NCBI RefSeq assembly: GCF_964204645.1
Contig: NC_134027.1
Span: 17,818,560-17,882,559, forward strand
Length of the DNA stretch: 64,000 nucleotides
Direction: 5' to 3'
Source: Tubulanus polymorphus
Taxonomy: Eukaryota; Animalia; Nemertea
Shown here: piece after piece, positions 63,416-64,000 of the stretch
Layout: every line of letters begins with the position of its first letter
Position numbering within the stretch: the stretch's first letter is position 1
The notes under the pieces: generated by a model
Told to the model about the DNA's origin: nothing
The model's database searches: none
The model's input: the letters and a program-made list of their open reading frames with translations, nothing else
Program-made: the position numbers and the translations under genes

Positions 63416-64000
63416 TGAATTGTCGCGGGCGATAAAACCAAAATCTTGGATTGTCGCGGGCGAAAAACCAAAATATTGAATTGTCGCGACAAAACCAAAA
63501 TATTGATTTGTCGCGGGTGACAAAACCAAACTAATGAATTGTCGCCGGCGATAAAACCAAAATAATGAATTGTCGCTGGCGATAAAACCAAAATATATAA
63601 TTGTCGCAGGCGATAAAACCAAAATATTGAATTGTCGCGTGGGACAAAACTAAAATATTGAATTGTCGCGGGCGACAAAACCAAACTAATGAATTGTCAC
63701 GGGCAATAAAACCAAAATAATGAATTGTTGCGAGCGATTAAACCAAAATAATGAATTGTCGCTGGCGATTAAACCGAAATATTGAATTGTCGCAAGCGAT
63801 AAAACCAAAATATTGAAGTGTCGCAGGCGATAAAACTGCGACAAAAAAAAATTGTCGCGGGCGATAAAACCAAAATAATGAATTGTCGCGTGCGACAAAA
63901 CCAAAATAATGAATTGTCGCAGGCGATAAAACCAAAATAATGAATCGTCGCGGGCGACAAAACCAAACTAATGAATTGTTGTGGGCGATAAAACCAAAAT
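63415..64000. repeat. 31-bp satellite array running off the window
   Basis: Tandem units. Confidence 0.95.

Noticed and set aside
16607-63966. Dozens of minus-strand ORFs of the MVLSPATIHYFGFIARDNSLFWFYRPRQFII type (up to 333 aa)
   Set aside because: They are translations of the 31-bp satellite, whose reverse strand mostly lacks stop codons. All three frames give the same peptide and indels are not frame-preserving.

Overview
AT-rich, repeat-dense eukaryotic DNA, probably from an invertebrate nucleus, with no recognisable host gene. 1-10.2 kb is a mobile-element graveyard: hAT-like MITEs, a 5'-truncated Penelope-like retroelement with an intact hammerhead ribozyme, and a decayed Academ(X) transposon. 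Two distinct Polinton/Maverick (adintovirus-like) elements follow. Element A (about 10.2-15.36 kb) is truncated and retains pPolB, a small conserved ORF and part of the penton. Element B (18976-34976) is complete, with 85-bp TIRs and a 6-bp AATATT TSD, and sits inside a 31-bp satellite. It encodes pPolB, a poxvirus VLTF3/A2-like transcription factor, penton, membrane proteins, major capsid, a chromodomain integrase and an A32-like ATPase, most with a few disabling mutations. Three features stand out. The pPolB of element B carries a LAGLIDADG intein at the YFD|TD (motif C) site, while element A has the empty allele. Nearly all viral genes start with a poxvirus-late-like TAAATG. The TIRs themselves contain start codons. 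The rest of the window is a higher-order composite repeat of 31-bp satellite arrays, Helentron-type (HINE) elements, LINE RT fragments and one solo LTR. The many minus-strand 'MVLSPATIHYFGF' ORFs are satellite artefacts. All family assignments come from motif recognition by eye, with no database searches.
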